53,194 nt of DNA. Origin: a virus. Shown in pieces: positions 15,295 through 25,405 of the stretch. The notes under the pieces were generated by a model that saw nothing but the letters and a program-made list of their open reading frames with translations, did not search any database and was not told the origin of the DNA. Positions within the stretch are counted from its first letter, which is position 1. Every line of letters begins with the position of its first letter. The DNA lies in IMG/VR virus record IMGVR_UViG_3300035698_035374, one strand, 5' to 3'. A program made the translations under genes and the position numbers.

Positions 15295-15717
15295 ATGCCA
15301 ATCCTAGAGAACGGCAAGCCTCCATTTGCAGACGACGAGTTGCTGTATCGTCGTCTGCGCTCAGACTGGGTCGTTGATGGGGAGATCATTACTGCTGCTA
15401 TCAAGTTGCCGCAGTGCTCCGTCGACCGAGCAAGTTTGTCGCCTGAACCAGCTGAGGTACTCATGACTGGAAATGCAGGTGAAACCGGGCTGGCTGCGGT
15501 TCGAGTTGGAGCACTACCGGATGAGATAGGTCCATCGCCTGGTGGCTCGGTGATTCTTGAAACCATCGTGCGCCATGAGCCTGATTTGCCTGACAATAAC
15601 GCCCATTCTGAAATCAGAGTTCGGCGCAAAGAAAACGCCGAACCATTTTTCAAGAACGTCCATAAAAAAGGCAAGAATATATTTAGAGGCAAAGCCTTTT
15701 TGGGGACACCCTGTTAA
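15295..15717 (+). CDS. hypothetical protein, cassette gene 3
   Basis: DDELLYRRLRSDWVV...DNNAHSEIRVRRK; GC-rich. Confidence 0.7.
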   Translation: MPILENGKPPFADDELLYRRLRSDWVVDGEIITAAIKLPQCSVDRASLSPEPAEVLMTGNAGETGLAAVRVGALPDEIGPSPGGSVILETIVRHEPDLPDNNAHSEIRVRRKENAEPFFKNVHKKGKNIFRGKAFLGTPC

Positions 15718-15893
15718 AAGAAGGGAATTGAATGCAAGACTTAGAGAGCTTGCTGCCAACTTAGACAGGTTTGATAAGGTCAAGGCAGCAGCAGAAGAAG
15801 ACAAGGTAAACAAACCCCTTAACTAACACGTACTATGCAGAAAGGTAATGCTATTACATAGTATATCATGTTTTTTGGGGATTTTTGAATTTT

Positions 15894-15939
15894 TTGGTCG
15901 AACTTTCTTGACCAAACAAAAAACTGCCCTTATTGGGCA
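15894..15939 (+). promoter_or_regulatory. two hairpins in the ssb leader
   Basis: TTGGTC-gaactttctt-GACCAA and TGCCC-ttatt-GGGCA immediately before the AAGGAG RBS. Confidence 0.5.
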
Positions 15940-15952
15940 CAAGGAGATGTTC

Positions 15953-16444
15953 ATGAATTTCAACAATGTAACGGTGATGGGGAGGCTGGCCGACAACCCA
16001 GCGTTCACCAAAGGCACAAAGGAAGACAGAAGCGATGACCGTTGTTGGGCCAGACTGGCCATCAATCGTCCAACGAAGGATGGTTCCGCGGACTTCGTTC
16101 CAATCTGTGCGTGGGGACCACGTGCACGTGTCCTATCGGATTGGGGAAAGAAGGGCAAGGTTGTTCTCGTTATGGGTTCCTTGCGCACCAACAACAAGCT
16201 ACGCCCTGATGGTAAGTACGACAACTACACCGAGGTATCCGTTGGGCAAATCGTTCTCGGACCAGAAGCCAAAGGTAAGACCACAGCTCCTGTAGTCGCC
16301 GCTCCTGCGCCTGCTGCTAACGTCCCTGGTATCCCTACCATGACCCCAGAGATCGCCGCTCTACTACAGGCTCAGTTAGCCCCTCTGTTGGCCCAACAAG
16401 CTGCAGAAGGCACCGCTGATGACCCCTTCAATGCGCAGTCCTAG
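15953..16444 (+). CDS. ssb: single-stranded DNA-binding protein
   Basis: MNFNNVTVMGRLADNP...WARLAINR...VLVMGSLRTNN; OB-fold SSB pattern. Confidence 0.85.
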   Translation: MNFNNVTVMGRLADNPAFTKGTKEDRSDDRCWARLAINRPTKDGSADFVPICAWGPRARVLSDWGKKGKVVLVMGSLRTNNKLRPDGKYDNYTEVSVGQIVLGPEAKGKTTAPVVAAPAPAANVPGIPTMTPEIAALLQAQLAPLLAQQAAEGTADDPFNAQS

Positions 16445-16536
16445 GCTCTAATGGAGCTATTCGTACTCGTCGGTATCTTGCTTCTATTCGGCATCGAATA
16501 GAACACAACAGAAACAACTACACAAAAGTATACTAC

Positions 16537-16570
16537 GCTCCCCTGAGCATCTCGCTTAGGGGGGCTTTAC
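16537..16570 (+). terminator. putative intrinsic terminator
   Basis: CTCCCCTGAG-catctcg-CTTAGGGGG then TTTA. Confidence 0.5.
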
Positions 16571-16586
16571 TTCTCAAGGAGAGAAC

Positions 16587-16979
16587 ATGTCCCACGAACG
16601 TATTCCAGAGAACCCGAGAGACAACCTGAGGCGGATGGAATCCATCCTGGCCGGATACCGTCGCAAGTTGGAGCACAAGACCAAGGTACGTGAGACCACT
16701 CAGAGCAAGCTCGACCGACTCCGTGATGTCATGGTCGAAGACTCCACTTCTGAATCCGCCGAGGCCAAGAGTCGGAGAGTCATCGAGCGCAAATACCTCT
16801 ACGACCTGAAGCAACTGGACGTGGTCGTCGAAGAGTTGGAAGGAAAAATCATCTGGGCTGATCAGCGACAGATTCCCTTCATCAAAACCGAGGTTGAATT
16901 GTTCGAAGAAGACGAGTCCGAAGCCGAGGTGAGTGAAGACGAGGAGCCTGGTGTCCAACACGAAGCGGCTGTTGAGTAG
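16587..16979 (+). CDS. hypothetical coiled-coil acidic protein
   Basis: ORF with GGAGAG RBS. Confidence 0.75.
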   Translation: MSHERIPENPRDNLRRMESILAGYRRKLEHKTKVRETTQSKLDRLRDVMVEDSTSESAEAKSRRVIERKYLYDLKQLDVVVEELEGKIIWADQRQIPFIKTEVELFEEDESEAEVSEDEEPGVQHEAAVE

Positions 16980-16999
16980 TAGAACATATCCACAACGTA

Positions 17000-17036
17000 G
17001 GGGGCGGTCTCATCTGGGACCGCCCCCTTTTTTTAT
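17000..17036 (+). terminator. rho-independent terminator
   Basis: GGGGGCGGTC-tcatctgg-GACCGCCCCC-TTTTTTT. Confidence 0.95.
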
Positions 17037-17076
17037 TACTTGACCACCAAGGGAGTGGTCTACAAAAGGTACTATC

Positions 17077-17328
17077 ATGAACAAATTTGTATTCTGTCCC
17101 TACTGTTTGTATGAAGATAAGCTGGGCTTAATGAAAACACTTAGTTCCATGCAAAAGTGTACAAAATGTGGAGCAAAATTTTCTCTAAATGCTATACTCA
17201 TTTCAGAGGATGTTTTGAGAGTCTATGTAAGAGAACAAAAAGGAAAATCTGACCATCTTCTGGTTAAACTGAAGAAGGTAGGAAAGGATCCATCATGGTT
17301 ATGGAAAATCCTACGAAGACAACCATGA
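17077..17328 (+). CDS. zinc-ribbon protein
   Basis: CPYC...CTKCGAKF. Confidence 0.7.
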   Translation: MNKFVFCPYCLYEDKLGLMKTLSSMQKCTKCGAKFSLNAILISEDVLRVYVREQKGKSDHLLVKLKKVGKDPSWLWKILRRQP

Positions 17329-17621
17329 CAGTTCGAAATAAATTATTACAGGGAATACTGAAATCAAAACAGTTTGAAGTAAGGCGCAGTACCTTTGGTT
17401 CCATTAAAAGAGAATGGGCGACCAATGATTTGGAAAGCGCCGTAGAATTATTCTTTACCTTCAAAGCTGCTCAAGATTTACACTTAAAGAAACACGAAGT
17501 AAAACCTACCATCGACGATGTTGAGCACTTTTGTGTATGGGATATTAATACAATGAATGTAGTATTTCACGAAGGACGCTTTTTGACAACATACCTTCTC
17601 AAGGAGGATACCAATGAGTGA
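17295..17621 (+). CDS. hypothetical protein
   Basis: ORF. Confidence 0.65.
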   Translation: MVMENPTKTTMTVRNKLLQGILKSKQFEVRRSTFGSIKREWATNDLESAVELFFTFKAAQDLHLKKHEVKPTIDDVEHFCVWDINTMNVVFHEGRFLTTYLLKEDTNE

Positions 17622-18708
17622 AGACGCACCAGAGGTAAACACCGTAAAAAGACCATATGAGGACGCGCCACCAAAGGCCACAAGTACACAGGTCATTGAT
17701 GCCATTGGTAAAAATCCAGTACGTATGGAAAATCGCCAATCAAAAGGCCTGTATGGTATGAACCCAGCATATCAATTTGCATGGGCTTCTGTGTACACAA
17801 AAGAAAAAGAGACTGTAGTTAAACTATTAGGTTGGTTTAATACTTGTAGGGAATCTGTCTGTTTTCCAATCTCTGCCAAAGATACTAGGCTCAAGCAAAA
17901 ATGGTCTATGGTAGAAAACAGAGACAAGTTAACACAGGATTGGTGGTTACGTGAATTCTATTTCGACGATTATGTTAACAGTGGAAGACCAACAGCTTTT
18001 CTATTGTCTGGGATGGATATAAATAAATTACGTGCAGGTCTTCGAGTATTACACCACTACGAACGAATAGCAAGGGCTGGAAAAACAGCGTTCTTTCCGG
18101 TAAATAATTCTTACTATAGGGCCAGTAAACCTTATGGTGGAATGCAGACTGAGTATACCTGTACCCCTCAACATAATAATAACTTCGTTCTTGTGGTAGC
18201 TCCTGCATTTTGGCACCATTCACTGCCAATGGCGTCTATGTTTCTTCTACTTATAAGAATAATAGCTCATGCAAACCTAGAAAAAAATGAGACGGTTCCT
18301 CATTTTCTTACACGTATAATTGATATACCAAAACAACTAAAGAATGACGATGGGTTCTATCTAAGAAGAGTATATCGTTATGATATGATGGGTAGAGAAC
18401 TGGACCTTATTTCAGTTGCTTGTCGTCGTTGGCGTTTGTTGTCGAGAGCAGTAAATAAACACAGTGAAGCATTTTGTGGACACTGGGGCTCTAATTTGCT
18501 ATGTGAGAGCATGGATGTATGGCAAGTCGGTATGAAAAATAAAATAGTAAAAGAGTCAGACAGGATTCATGAGGCCAACAAGAGAGCCAAACGAAAGGCC
18601 TTGCCTGCATATAAACAATACACCATAGAAATGTTGAAGCAATTGCAAAGGGAGAGTCGTCGTGTCGCACGAACCGAAGACAAGAAAAGAAGCACTGAAA
18701 AGGTCTGA
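17614..18708 (+). CDS. hypothetical protein, paralog family member A
   Basis: pattern of charged N-terminal half then FW..S....S.FLLLIRI; similar layout at 20530 and 22325. Confidence 0.75.
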   Translation: MSEDAPEVNTVKRPYEDAPPKATSTQVIDAIGKNPVRMENRQSKGLYGMNPAYQFAWASVYTKEKETVVKLLGWFNTCRESVCFPISAKDTRLKQKWSMVENRDKLTQDWWLREFYFDDYVNSGRPTAFLLSGMDINKLRAGLRVLHHYERIARAGKTAFFPVNNSYYRASKPYGGMQTEYTCTPQHNNNFVLVVAPAFWHHSLPMASMFLLLIRIIAHANLEKNETVPHFLTRIIDIPKQLKNDDGFYLRRVYRYDMMGRELDLISVACRRWRLLSRAVNKHSEAFCGHWGSNLLCESMDVWQVGMKNKIVKESDRIHEANKRAKRKALPAYKQYTIEMLKQLQRESRRVARTEDKKRSTEKV

Positions 18709-18853
18709 GTGGTGCAAAACCAATGCTGGTTACCGCATACGTAGTATGGGTATAGGAGGTCAATGTGAGTACACTAGACTTATGTCTGAACACTGGAAAT
18801 GGAAACGATTCGCAGAGACACTCCCAGAAGACGACCTGGATGACGAAGGATAA
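18662..18853 (+). CDS. hypothetical protein
   Basis: ORF overlapping upstream gene. Confidence 0.5.
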   Translation: MSHEPKTRKEALKRSEWCKTNAGYRIRSMGIGGQCEYTRLMSEHWKWKRFAETLPEDDLDDEG

Positions 18854-18986
18854 TGTGGTACTGGGTCTTTTGGCCGCGGGGATAGCTGCTTATATAGTGG
18901 TTTCTCTACCGGCTATAGTGACCTACCACGTTGTAAATAAAACAGAACCTTACTGGAGATGGTGGTAGGGAGAGGAGATATATAAT

Positions 18987-19241
18987 ATGGCTAAAGTCGA
19001 CAACGTATGTGTGTGCCCACACTGCGTAACAAAATGTGAATTATCTGAAGTAAGTGATGTATACGAAGATAGTAACTTTGTTGGGTATAGCTGCCCAAAA
19101 TGCGGTATACAAGTTGCAATTGGTAAAAAGAAGGACATTGAGTTGGCCTCTCTTACCAGGGCAGCAGCCTGGTCGTTAGGTTGGAACATTCGTCTACTTA
19201 GTAAGATTCTTTTAGAGTCTATCAAGCAGGCCCTAAAATAA
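18987..19241 (+). CDS. zinc-ribbon protein
   Basis: CVCPHCVTKC...YSCPKCGIQ. Confidence 0.7.
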   Translation: MAKVDNVCVCPHCVTKCELSEVSDVYEDSNFVGYSCPKCGIQVAIGKKKDIELASLTRAAAWSLGWNIRLLSKILLESIKQALK

Positions 19242-19255
19242 TTTAAGAAAAAGTA

Positions 19256-19810
19256 ATGAATGTACATGACTTCTTAAAATTCTTTACATCAAGTAGACAA
19301 GCAAATATGATTGCTGGTGGTTACTGGCATACCAAGGGGGGATTAATCACCAGCAGTTATAACAACCTTGGTGTACCTTGGGAATTTCGTTACGGGTTAG
19401 CCGAGAAACTAATTGGTATTAATTTTGGTTGCAATTTTAAAAATAGTAGATGTGAAAGAGAAAGAAAAGATTGGATAGGAATGCGTCTTTGGCTTGAAGA
19501 TTCTAATAGTAATGTTCGTGTAAATTACTGTTGTTCTTCTTGTTATATAACAATTGGCAATCTTGAGTCACTTCCAAATGATGATGGTATTTTAGAGGAA
19601 GTGGCTGTATTGTTTGATCCTGAGTACCGTGGCTTCTGGAGACATAGTATAGGTTGTACACTTTCACATAAATACAGGTCAACTCTTTGTTTAGCAGGTA
19701 GATGTTCACATCTACTAAGAACTGTTAAGATGAATAAGGATGACCTAATGAAGATATACCAACTAAAAAACATTCGTTCCGAATGGGAACGTTCAAGGAA
19801 AGAACAATGA
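19256..19810 (+). CDS. hypothetical protein
   Basis: ORF. Confidence 0.7.
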   Translation: MNVHDFLKFFTSSRQANMIAGGYWHTKGGLITSSYNNLGVPWEFRYGLAEKLIGINFGCNFKNSRCERERKDWIGMRLWLEDSNSNVRVNYCCSSCYITIGNLESLPNDDGILEEVAVLFDPEYRGFWRHSIGCTLSHKYRSTLCLAGRCSHLLRTVKMNKDDLMKIYQLKNIRSEWERSRKEQ

Positions 19811-19912
19811 CACCAACTGAAGGACTGATGTTTATTCCCTATCTGTTTGCAGCTACTGTGGTAAGTGCTCTCATTGGGGCGTTGGCCATCTCTGTTTTAT
19901 GTGGTAACGGCA

Positions 19913-20398
19913 ATGCCCGTACATAATATAACTCTGGTAGGCCCCTGCCTAAAATGCGGAGAGACCGAAGGGACACTTGATGATTGTATTACGCCTTTCG
20001 GTAGTAATAAACGATTTTTATTGTCCTGTAAGCCTTGTGGTCTTGTGGTTGCTACCAGCAATGATATGAATGACATTGCAGGCATGTTTATACTTGGAGG
20101 TGTTACTTCTAAGCAATATCACCCAACCACACGTACACTAAATAGAGTCTCTACTATAACTGGCAGGGTACGTAAATCAACGACCAAGGTTAAACCAGCT
20201 ACCCCCCTAGCCAACGCGAAACTTAAAGAAATTCTAACTTCTATGGGAGCAGTAGGCCCCAAGAAAATATGGACGATGAAGGAAGCGTACGAAAAGAATA
20301 AGAAATCAAAGGTATGTGTAATCTGTGGAAAACCTACAGCATATCATCCTTCTGTATCCGTGCTTTATTGTAAGTGTGTTGAATCACTTTCTAAGTAG
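19913..20398 (+). CDS. zinc-finger protein
   Basis: CLKCGE...LSCKPCG and CVICGK...YCKC. Confidence 0.7.
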   Translation: MPVHNITLVGPCLKCGETEGTLDDCITPFGSNKRFLLSCKPCGLVVATSNDMNDIAGMFILGGVTSKQYHPTTRTLNRVSTITGRVRKSTTKVKPATPLANAKLKEILTSMGAVGPKKIWTMKEAYEKNKKSKVCVICGKPTAYHPSVSVLYCKCVESLSK

Positions 20399-20529
20399 GT
20401 GTATTCACAACTGGAGGAATTAGGGGTGAATAATGTTGTTTAGTAAGATTGTATGGTCTGCATTTATTGTTATGGGCTATGCATTAACATACTTTATCAT
20501 AACATGTTTACCGGAAAAGGGGTAGCTTA

Positions 20530-21438
20530 ATGATCATGACAAGGCCTGTACAGGTTCGTAAGGCCCTCAAAAAATTAGGAAAGAAGGTGGAAGTAGAGGA
20601 TATATCCAAAGACCAATATAATTGGTCAGGAATATATAAAGATTCACTACCACATATTTGTCTGCTTAGGTTGTTTATAGAAAATGAAACAGTGACCGCA
20701 GAAAAGTTAACAGGTGAATATAGGTGTCGTGAAGAGCTGGTTGAAGAGATTATTAATGGTAAAGTTGATAAAACAGAATATTTTGATGGGAATATGACAT
20801 CAGTATTCATGCTTCGCAATGCAAATGACGACAACCTTAAGAAATCTATGAGGGTACTAAATTACTTCGAGCGTAAAGCACGCTGGGGTTTAAGTTTTTC
20901 TGTGCCCACACAACAAGATAACTGTACTATAGTTGTTGGTTCTAAGTATTGGACGGAGTCTTCACTTAATATTTCATTATACCTACTATTATTGCGTGTA
21001 TTCTCTAGTGGAGTACCACAAAAGGGAGAATCTGCAGTACAATATATTAAACGTATGGCCAAAGAATGTAAAACTACTGACCAGCGGTTTTTAACATCTA
21101 TGAGCCGTCGACATCCTGATTTTCTCAATATCATTATGAAGCATAGACGCATGCTTAAAAATGGTATGAATTTAGAAAAGCATGGCAAGTGGGATGAATA
21201 CGGTATGGAGGGGTTAGATTATCTATCAGAAGCTGCCGAAATGGTTTGTAGTATAAGAAAAGACTACAAAGACTGCGCAGAAGATACTATAGCCACAATG
21301 TTCGAAGGCTCATTAGATTATGATGATGACTATGATGAGGATTTGGAAGATATGACTGTATCTAATATCAACCAAGGTCTAGTAATAGCATTATCTAAGC
21401 TTTTGGACAAGTACAAAGATAAAAAGGTAACACTATGA
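20530..21438 (+). CDS. hypothetical protein, paralog family member B
   Basis: LKKSMRVLNYFERKARWG...KYWTESSLNISLYLLLLRVF. Confidence 0.75.
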   Translation: MIMTRPVQVRKALKKLGKKVEVEDISKDQYNWSGIYKDSLPHICLLRLFIENETVTAEKLTGEYRCREELVEEIINGKVDKTEYFDGNMTSVFMLRNANDDNLKKSMRVLNYFERKARWGLSFSVPTQQDNCTIVVGSKYWTESSLNISLYLLLLRVFSSGVPQKGESAVQYIKRMAKECKTTDQRFLTSMSRRHPDFLNIIMKHRRMLKNGMNLEKHGKWDEYGMEGLDYLSEAAEMVCSIRKDYKDCAEDTIATMFEGSLDYDDDYDEDLEDMTVSNINQGLVIALSKLLDKYKDKKVTL

Positions 21439-21698
21439 TTTTGTGTATACTATCTGGACTGTTTACAATTGGTATTGTATTTCTTATATCTGGATGGATA
21501 TTAAAAACCATCCCAGGCCAGACTTCTAAACTCGCCTACTATGTAGGCACGGGTCTATTTTTCTCTGGGGGTGCTTTGGTAGCACCAACCATGTTCATGA
21601 CAAACTGGGTTGTCGGCATTGTATTGTGTCTGGCCATCCTAGGAACAACCTATGTCGACTATACCGCCTACAAAAAATGTTATCCACCTAAACAATAA
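21435..21698 (+). CDS. membrane protein
   Basis: three hydrophobic segments. Confidence 0.65.
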   Translation: MILCILSGLFTIGIVFLISGWILKTIPGQTSKLAYYVGTGLFFSGGALVAPTMFMTNWVVGIVLCLAILGTTYVDYTAYKKCYPPKQ

Positions 21699-22173
21699 TT
21701 CCTTGTTTACAGAGCTATGGGGTATACGAGACAGACACCCAGAGGAGTTCACTGATAGGGAGAAATATTTGTATACTTCTCCTATATTTTTGAATGCTGC
21801 TGTTAAAGGAGACCGATCCAGAAAAATATCCCTGCGATTAAATTCTCATCCTCTCTTGGCTTGCTGCCATGTCGAATATCCAACAACAATACATCTACGT
21901 ATACGTCAACAAGATAAGGTATTAGAAGAAATACTAACCCAAGCCCTTAAGCGTGGACTAATAGGCGCATTCAAATTAAAAACCTGTGCGACTAAAAGTA
22001 TTACCTATGACCTTTCATTCATAAGAGGTTTTGATACTGTAGGTGCATTACATAGTCTTGACATGGAAAACTTCGTATGTTTCGTAGAAGGACTTGTAAA
22101 GAAAAGGGCTGAAGTATCTCCAGCAGATGTAGTAATAAATGCAATCGCTGGCAGGAATCTATTAGAAGACTAA
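21652..22173 (+). CDS. hypothetical protein
   Basis: ORF. Confidence 0.65.
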   Translation: MSTIPPTKNVIHLNNNSLFTELWGIRDRHPEEFTDREKYLYTSPIFLNAAVKGDRSRKISLRLNSHPLLACCHVEYPTTIHLRIRQQDKVLEEILTQALKRGLIGAFKLKTCATKSITYDLSFIRGFDTVGALHSLDMENFVCFVEGLVKKRAEVSPADVVINAIAGRNLLED

Positions 22174-22227
22174 CATAGTAGAAACACAGAGAAAAAGTTA
22201 TATATGAGATGTGATTATTTGTTGAAA

Positions 22228-22264
22228 GGATGTCCGTTCTACGTTTGATTATATCATCCCCAAC
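22228..22264 (+). repeat. GGATGTCCGTTCTACGTT...TCATCCCCAA element, copy 1
   Basis: 18-nt identity with 50366-50383; GGATG/CATCC inverted arms. Confidence 0.75.
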
Positions 22265-22324
22265 ATGTTTTCATAGCCAGATAAAATTTCCAAGATTAGA
22301 TAAAGCAAGGTTACAGGAGAAAGA

Positions 22325-23284
22325 ATGGATACCCCACAGGAAATTCGAAAACTTTTGAAAAGCTACGAAGGTAAGACTAAAGTAAGGGTTTCAGGTATAT
22401 ACAATACACACGTAAAAAACCAGACAAGGTATGCTTACGTAGGGTTCACGGGCTATGGTGATAAGCTTGTCATCACTAAGATTTCCCCATGGATTGGTTG
22501 TCGTGGGTATATGTGTGAAGCACTGTTTGGTACCAGTGGTGGTGGTGAATTTAAACTAGACAGCAATTATTACGACCTGCACAAGAGTATCAACGGTCGC
22601 GCTGCATGTTTGTTTCTTCAGAATACAAATGCAACACATTTAAAAAAGGTAACACGCCTGCTTAATTCTCTAGAAGAGAGCGCTGGGTGGGATAAATCCT
22701 TCTTTGAGGTATTCCAATACAAACCTAATGCGTGGGCAGCAGAACAAGACTTATACTTCTGGTGTGGGGATAATAAGTGGTTTTCTTCAACAGCACACAT
22801 ATCTTTGGTACTAATGTTAATCAGGTTGGCATGGAAGGTCGAAATAGAAAACGACGACACACTAAGCACCTGGGTACTTAAGATACTAAACGGGAACCAC
22901 CCTTTAGACTCGATAAGGAATACAGATAGAGATACCCTACGTCTGTTGTTTAATAAACATTCTAATCTTATTGAAATTATTATGGAACACCAAGAGTTCA
23001 TAACAGAAGACCTTAATTATAAAAAAGAATTATCCCCTGGATTTGATCAGAGTGCTGCTGCAGAGGCAGGTATTCATAATGCTACCTGGTGGGCCACAAA
23101 ATTCATACGACACAGCGCAAGTTTTGATGACCCACTAACAATTAAAAAGTTAATAAGGGAAGCCAGGGGGTCTTCACCAAACGCTAAAATCAACGCTTCG
23201 TTATCTTTACGATATGCTATTGCTATTAACGAGTATGGCAATAATCAGACGATATTGGAACCAAGAAAAGAAATGCTCTTTTAG
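22325..23284 (+). CDS. hypothetical protein, paralog family member C
   Basis: HLKKVTRLLNSLEESAGWD...DNKWFSSTAHISLVLMLIRLAW. Confidence 0.75.
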   Translation: MDTPQEIRKLLKSYEGKTKVRVSGIYNTHVKNQTRYAYVGFTGYGDKLVITKISPWIGCRGYMCEALFGTSGGGEFKLDSNYYDLHKSINGRAACLFLQNTNATHLKKVTRLLNSLEESAGWDKSFFEVFQYKPNAWAAEQDLYFWCGDNKWFSSTAHISLVLMLIRLAWKVEIENDDTLSTWVLKILNGNHPLDSIRNTDRDTLRLLFNKHSNLIEIIMEHQEFITEDLNYKKELSPGFDQSAAAEAGIHNATWWATKFIRHSASFDDPLTIKKLIREARGSSPNAKINASLSLRYAIAINEYGNNQTILEPRKEMLF

Positions 23285-23606
23285 TAGAAATTTAACAAAA
23301 GGCTAAATTATGCTTATGTATAACCTCATGAAACAGACAGTTATTACTGTTATGGTTTCATTGCATACCATGGCTGCAGAATACGGGTTTATGGTATTCG
23401 TTCTTACACAACACGCGATTAACGCGTAAACAGAAGAGAATGAAACAAATCATCAATTCTAATACACAAGACAATCATGTAAAAGATTATCATAGACAAA
23501 ACGCTGAAGAACGTAAGCGTAGGTATTTCTATGAGAAAACTACCCCTCTCTCTCGCCTTATCAAAATCGCCCAACAGAAAAAAAGGGCTTAGATTTCGGA
23601 GACATT

Positions 23607-23930
23607 ATGGAGACTAAAGAGCAGTTACATACAGCACTGAAGCTAGAGGACCCTTTGTTACTGCCGAGTGCTTGTTTTGCAGCTATGTTTATGAGCACAA
23701 AGGTATTATATAAAGGCAAGCTTCTTTCTAGTGGTATTATTTCTAATCTTAGGGGCCAGCTCTTACGAACAATCGAAGTAGGTGATTACCTATACGTTGC
23801 TCAAGAACAATTCGAAGATAGTAAGTGGGCTAAGATGGCCCGTGCTGGCCATAAGATTATGTGGATAGTGCACCGACCCACATCTAAAGTCATTGGTAAG
23901 GTTATCAATGGAAAGGTTACACGACTATAA
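23607..23930 (+). CDS. hypothetical protein
   Basis: ORF. Confidence 0.65.
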   Translation: METKEQLHTALKLEDPLLLPSACFAAMFMSTKVLYKGKLLSSGIISNLRGQLLRTIEVGDYLYVAQEQFEDSKWAKMARAGHKIMWIVHRPTSKVIGKVINGKVTRL

Positions 23931-24406
23931 TGCCTGGGTTTCTTTTCAACATTGGTCTAGACCTTAGTGTTTGGGTTTGGGCAGTCGCAGCAGTTTTGGC
24001 GTGTGGGGTACTTGCCGTCGTCGCTTACTATGCCAAGCAACTGGTACAAGTGTTGCTTTCGAAAGCAGACCATAACACGTACCCATATAGAAAGGCCCGA
24101 AAAAGAGCTGTTTGGAAAGCAGCTTTGTCCTTGATGTTTAGTATACTAATTATCTTAGGGCTCTTTGGAGCCTATGGAGAGGGTTCACCCATAGAAATGG
24201 AGGATGGTCGTGGTGAGGCTATTCACCAAAACGCTGGTCCACCACCCACCAGACAACAACTGGAAGAGGATTACCAAAAGAAGGTTGATCCTGAGCTGAA
24301 AAAACAAAAGAAACACCACAAAAGAGTAGAAGATCCCAGCGATAAGAAGGAACGCGATGACGCTGATAGGTACGAGAAAAAGGCTCTCGATCGCAGCCGT
24401 CGCTAA
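23930..24406 (+). CDS. membrane protein with charged C-terminus
   Basis: two TM segments then Lys/Glu-rich tail. Confidence 0.7.
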   Translation: MPGFLFNIGLDLSVWVWAVAAVLACGVLAVVAYYAKQLVQVLLSKADHNTYPYRKARKRAVWKAALSLMFSILIILGLFGAYGEGSPIEMEDGRGEAIHQNAGPPPTRQQLEEDYQKKVDPELKKQKKHHKRVEDPSDKKERDDADRYEKKALDRSRR

Positions 24407-24469
24407 CTTATAAACAAGTTCTATTTGAAGACAACAACCAACCGAAACGAAAGACAAGGAAAACTATTC

Positions 24470-25387
24470 ATGAAAAAACTCCTGATTTTGATAGCGATGA
24501 TGTCCACCTTCCTGCTCATGACAGCCTGCACCAAGCGAGTACCGCCCGGAGCCGTAGGCATGAAGATGACTCCCAACGGTCTCGAAGCCAAGGTTCTACA
24601 GCCAGGTAATCACTCTTGCTACGGGCGTGACAAGATGGTACTCATCAGTACCCGTGAGAAGGTGTACACCGAAAAGCTTTCCATCCTATGCAAAGACGAC
24701 CTGAACTTTAAGTTCAACCTGGAAGTGCGGGCTCGGTTGAAAACTTCAGATGCCAAAGCTATCAAAGCATTACTACGCCAACAAGGCTCAGCCATCAAGT
24801 GGAAGAAGAGTGTAGGGTCATTGAAGGCAGCAGTGTTATATAAGACATATGTTCGTCCTGTCGCTGAATCCATTGCTCGTAATGTCGTCGCCAAGTATGA
24901 AACTACCCAGATTCGTGAAAATCGCGAAAAGATTCAAAAGGAAATTTGGAAAAAGTTGAAGGAAGCGGTCAAGAAGTCCCCGGTGGAGCTGACACTTGTC
25001 GCCGCATCCAACTTTGATTACCCAGACGTCATTACCCAGGCTGTAATAAAGACTCGTCGTCGACAAATCCAAATCAAAGAAGAGCGCGCAAAGCAAGCTA
25101 TGAAGATGCTGCAGGCTAAGAATATCCAGGCGGTAGCATTGCTGGAGATGGTGAATAGAAAGAAAATCGCTCAAATGAAGAGGACAGTTCGTACAGCGGA
25201 AGCACAGGCAGAAAACGCTTACGAGATGATTCGAGCCAAGGGCATCAAGGACCAGTATCTCAAACTGAAACGACTTGAGAACCAAGCCCTACTCTATAAA
25301 CGAGCAACCGGTGTCCAGGTTCTCCAAATCGTAGGAGGAGGCAAAGGCGGCGTGTCGCCGACCATTGTTCCAGTATTTCGTAAGTAA
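24470..25387 (+). CDS. SPFH/Band 7 (prohibitin-like) lipoprotein
   Basis: LLMTAC lipobox; VPPGAVGMKM; long helical C-terminal region as in Band 7 proteins. Confidence 0.8.
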   Translation: MKKLLILIAMMSTFLLMTACTKRVPPGAVGMKMTPNGLEAKVLQPGNHSCYGRDKMVLISTREKVYTEKLSILCKDDLNFKFNLEVRARLKTSDAKAIKALLRQQGSAIKWKKSVGSLKAAVLYKTYVRPVAESIARNVVAKYETTQIRENREKIQKEIWKKLKEAVKKSPVELTLVAASNFDYPDVITQAVIKTRRRQIQIKEERAKQAMKMLQAKNIQAVALLEMVNRKKIAQMKRTVRTAEAQAENAYEMIRAKGIKDQYLKLKRLENQALLYKRATGVQVLQIVGGGKGGVSPTIVPVFRK

Positions 25388-25405
25388 ACATACGCAATAA
25401 CTGTA

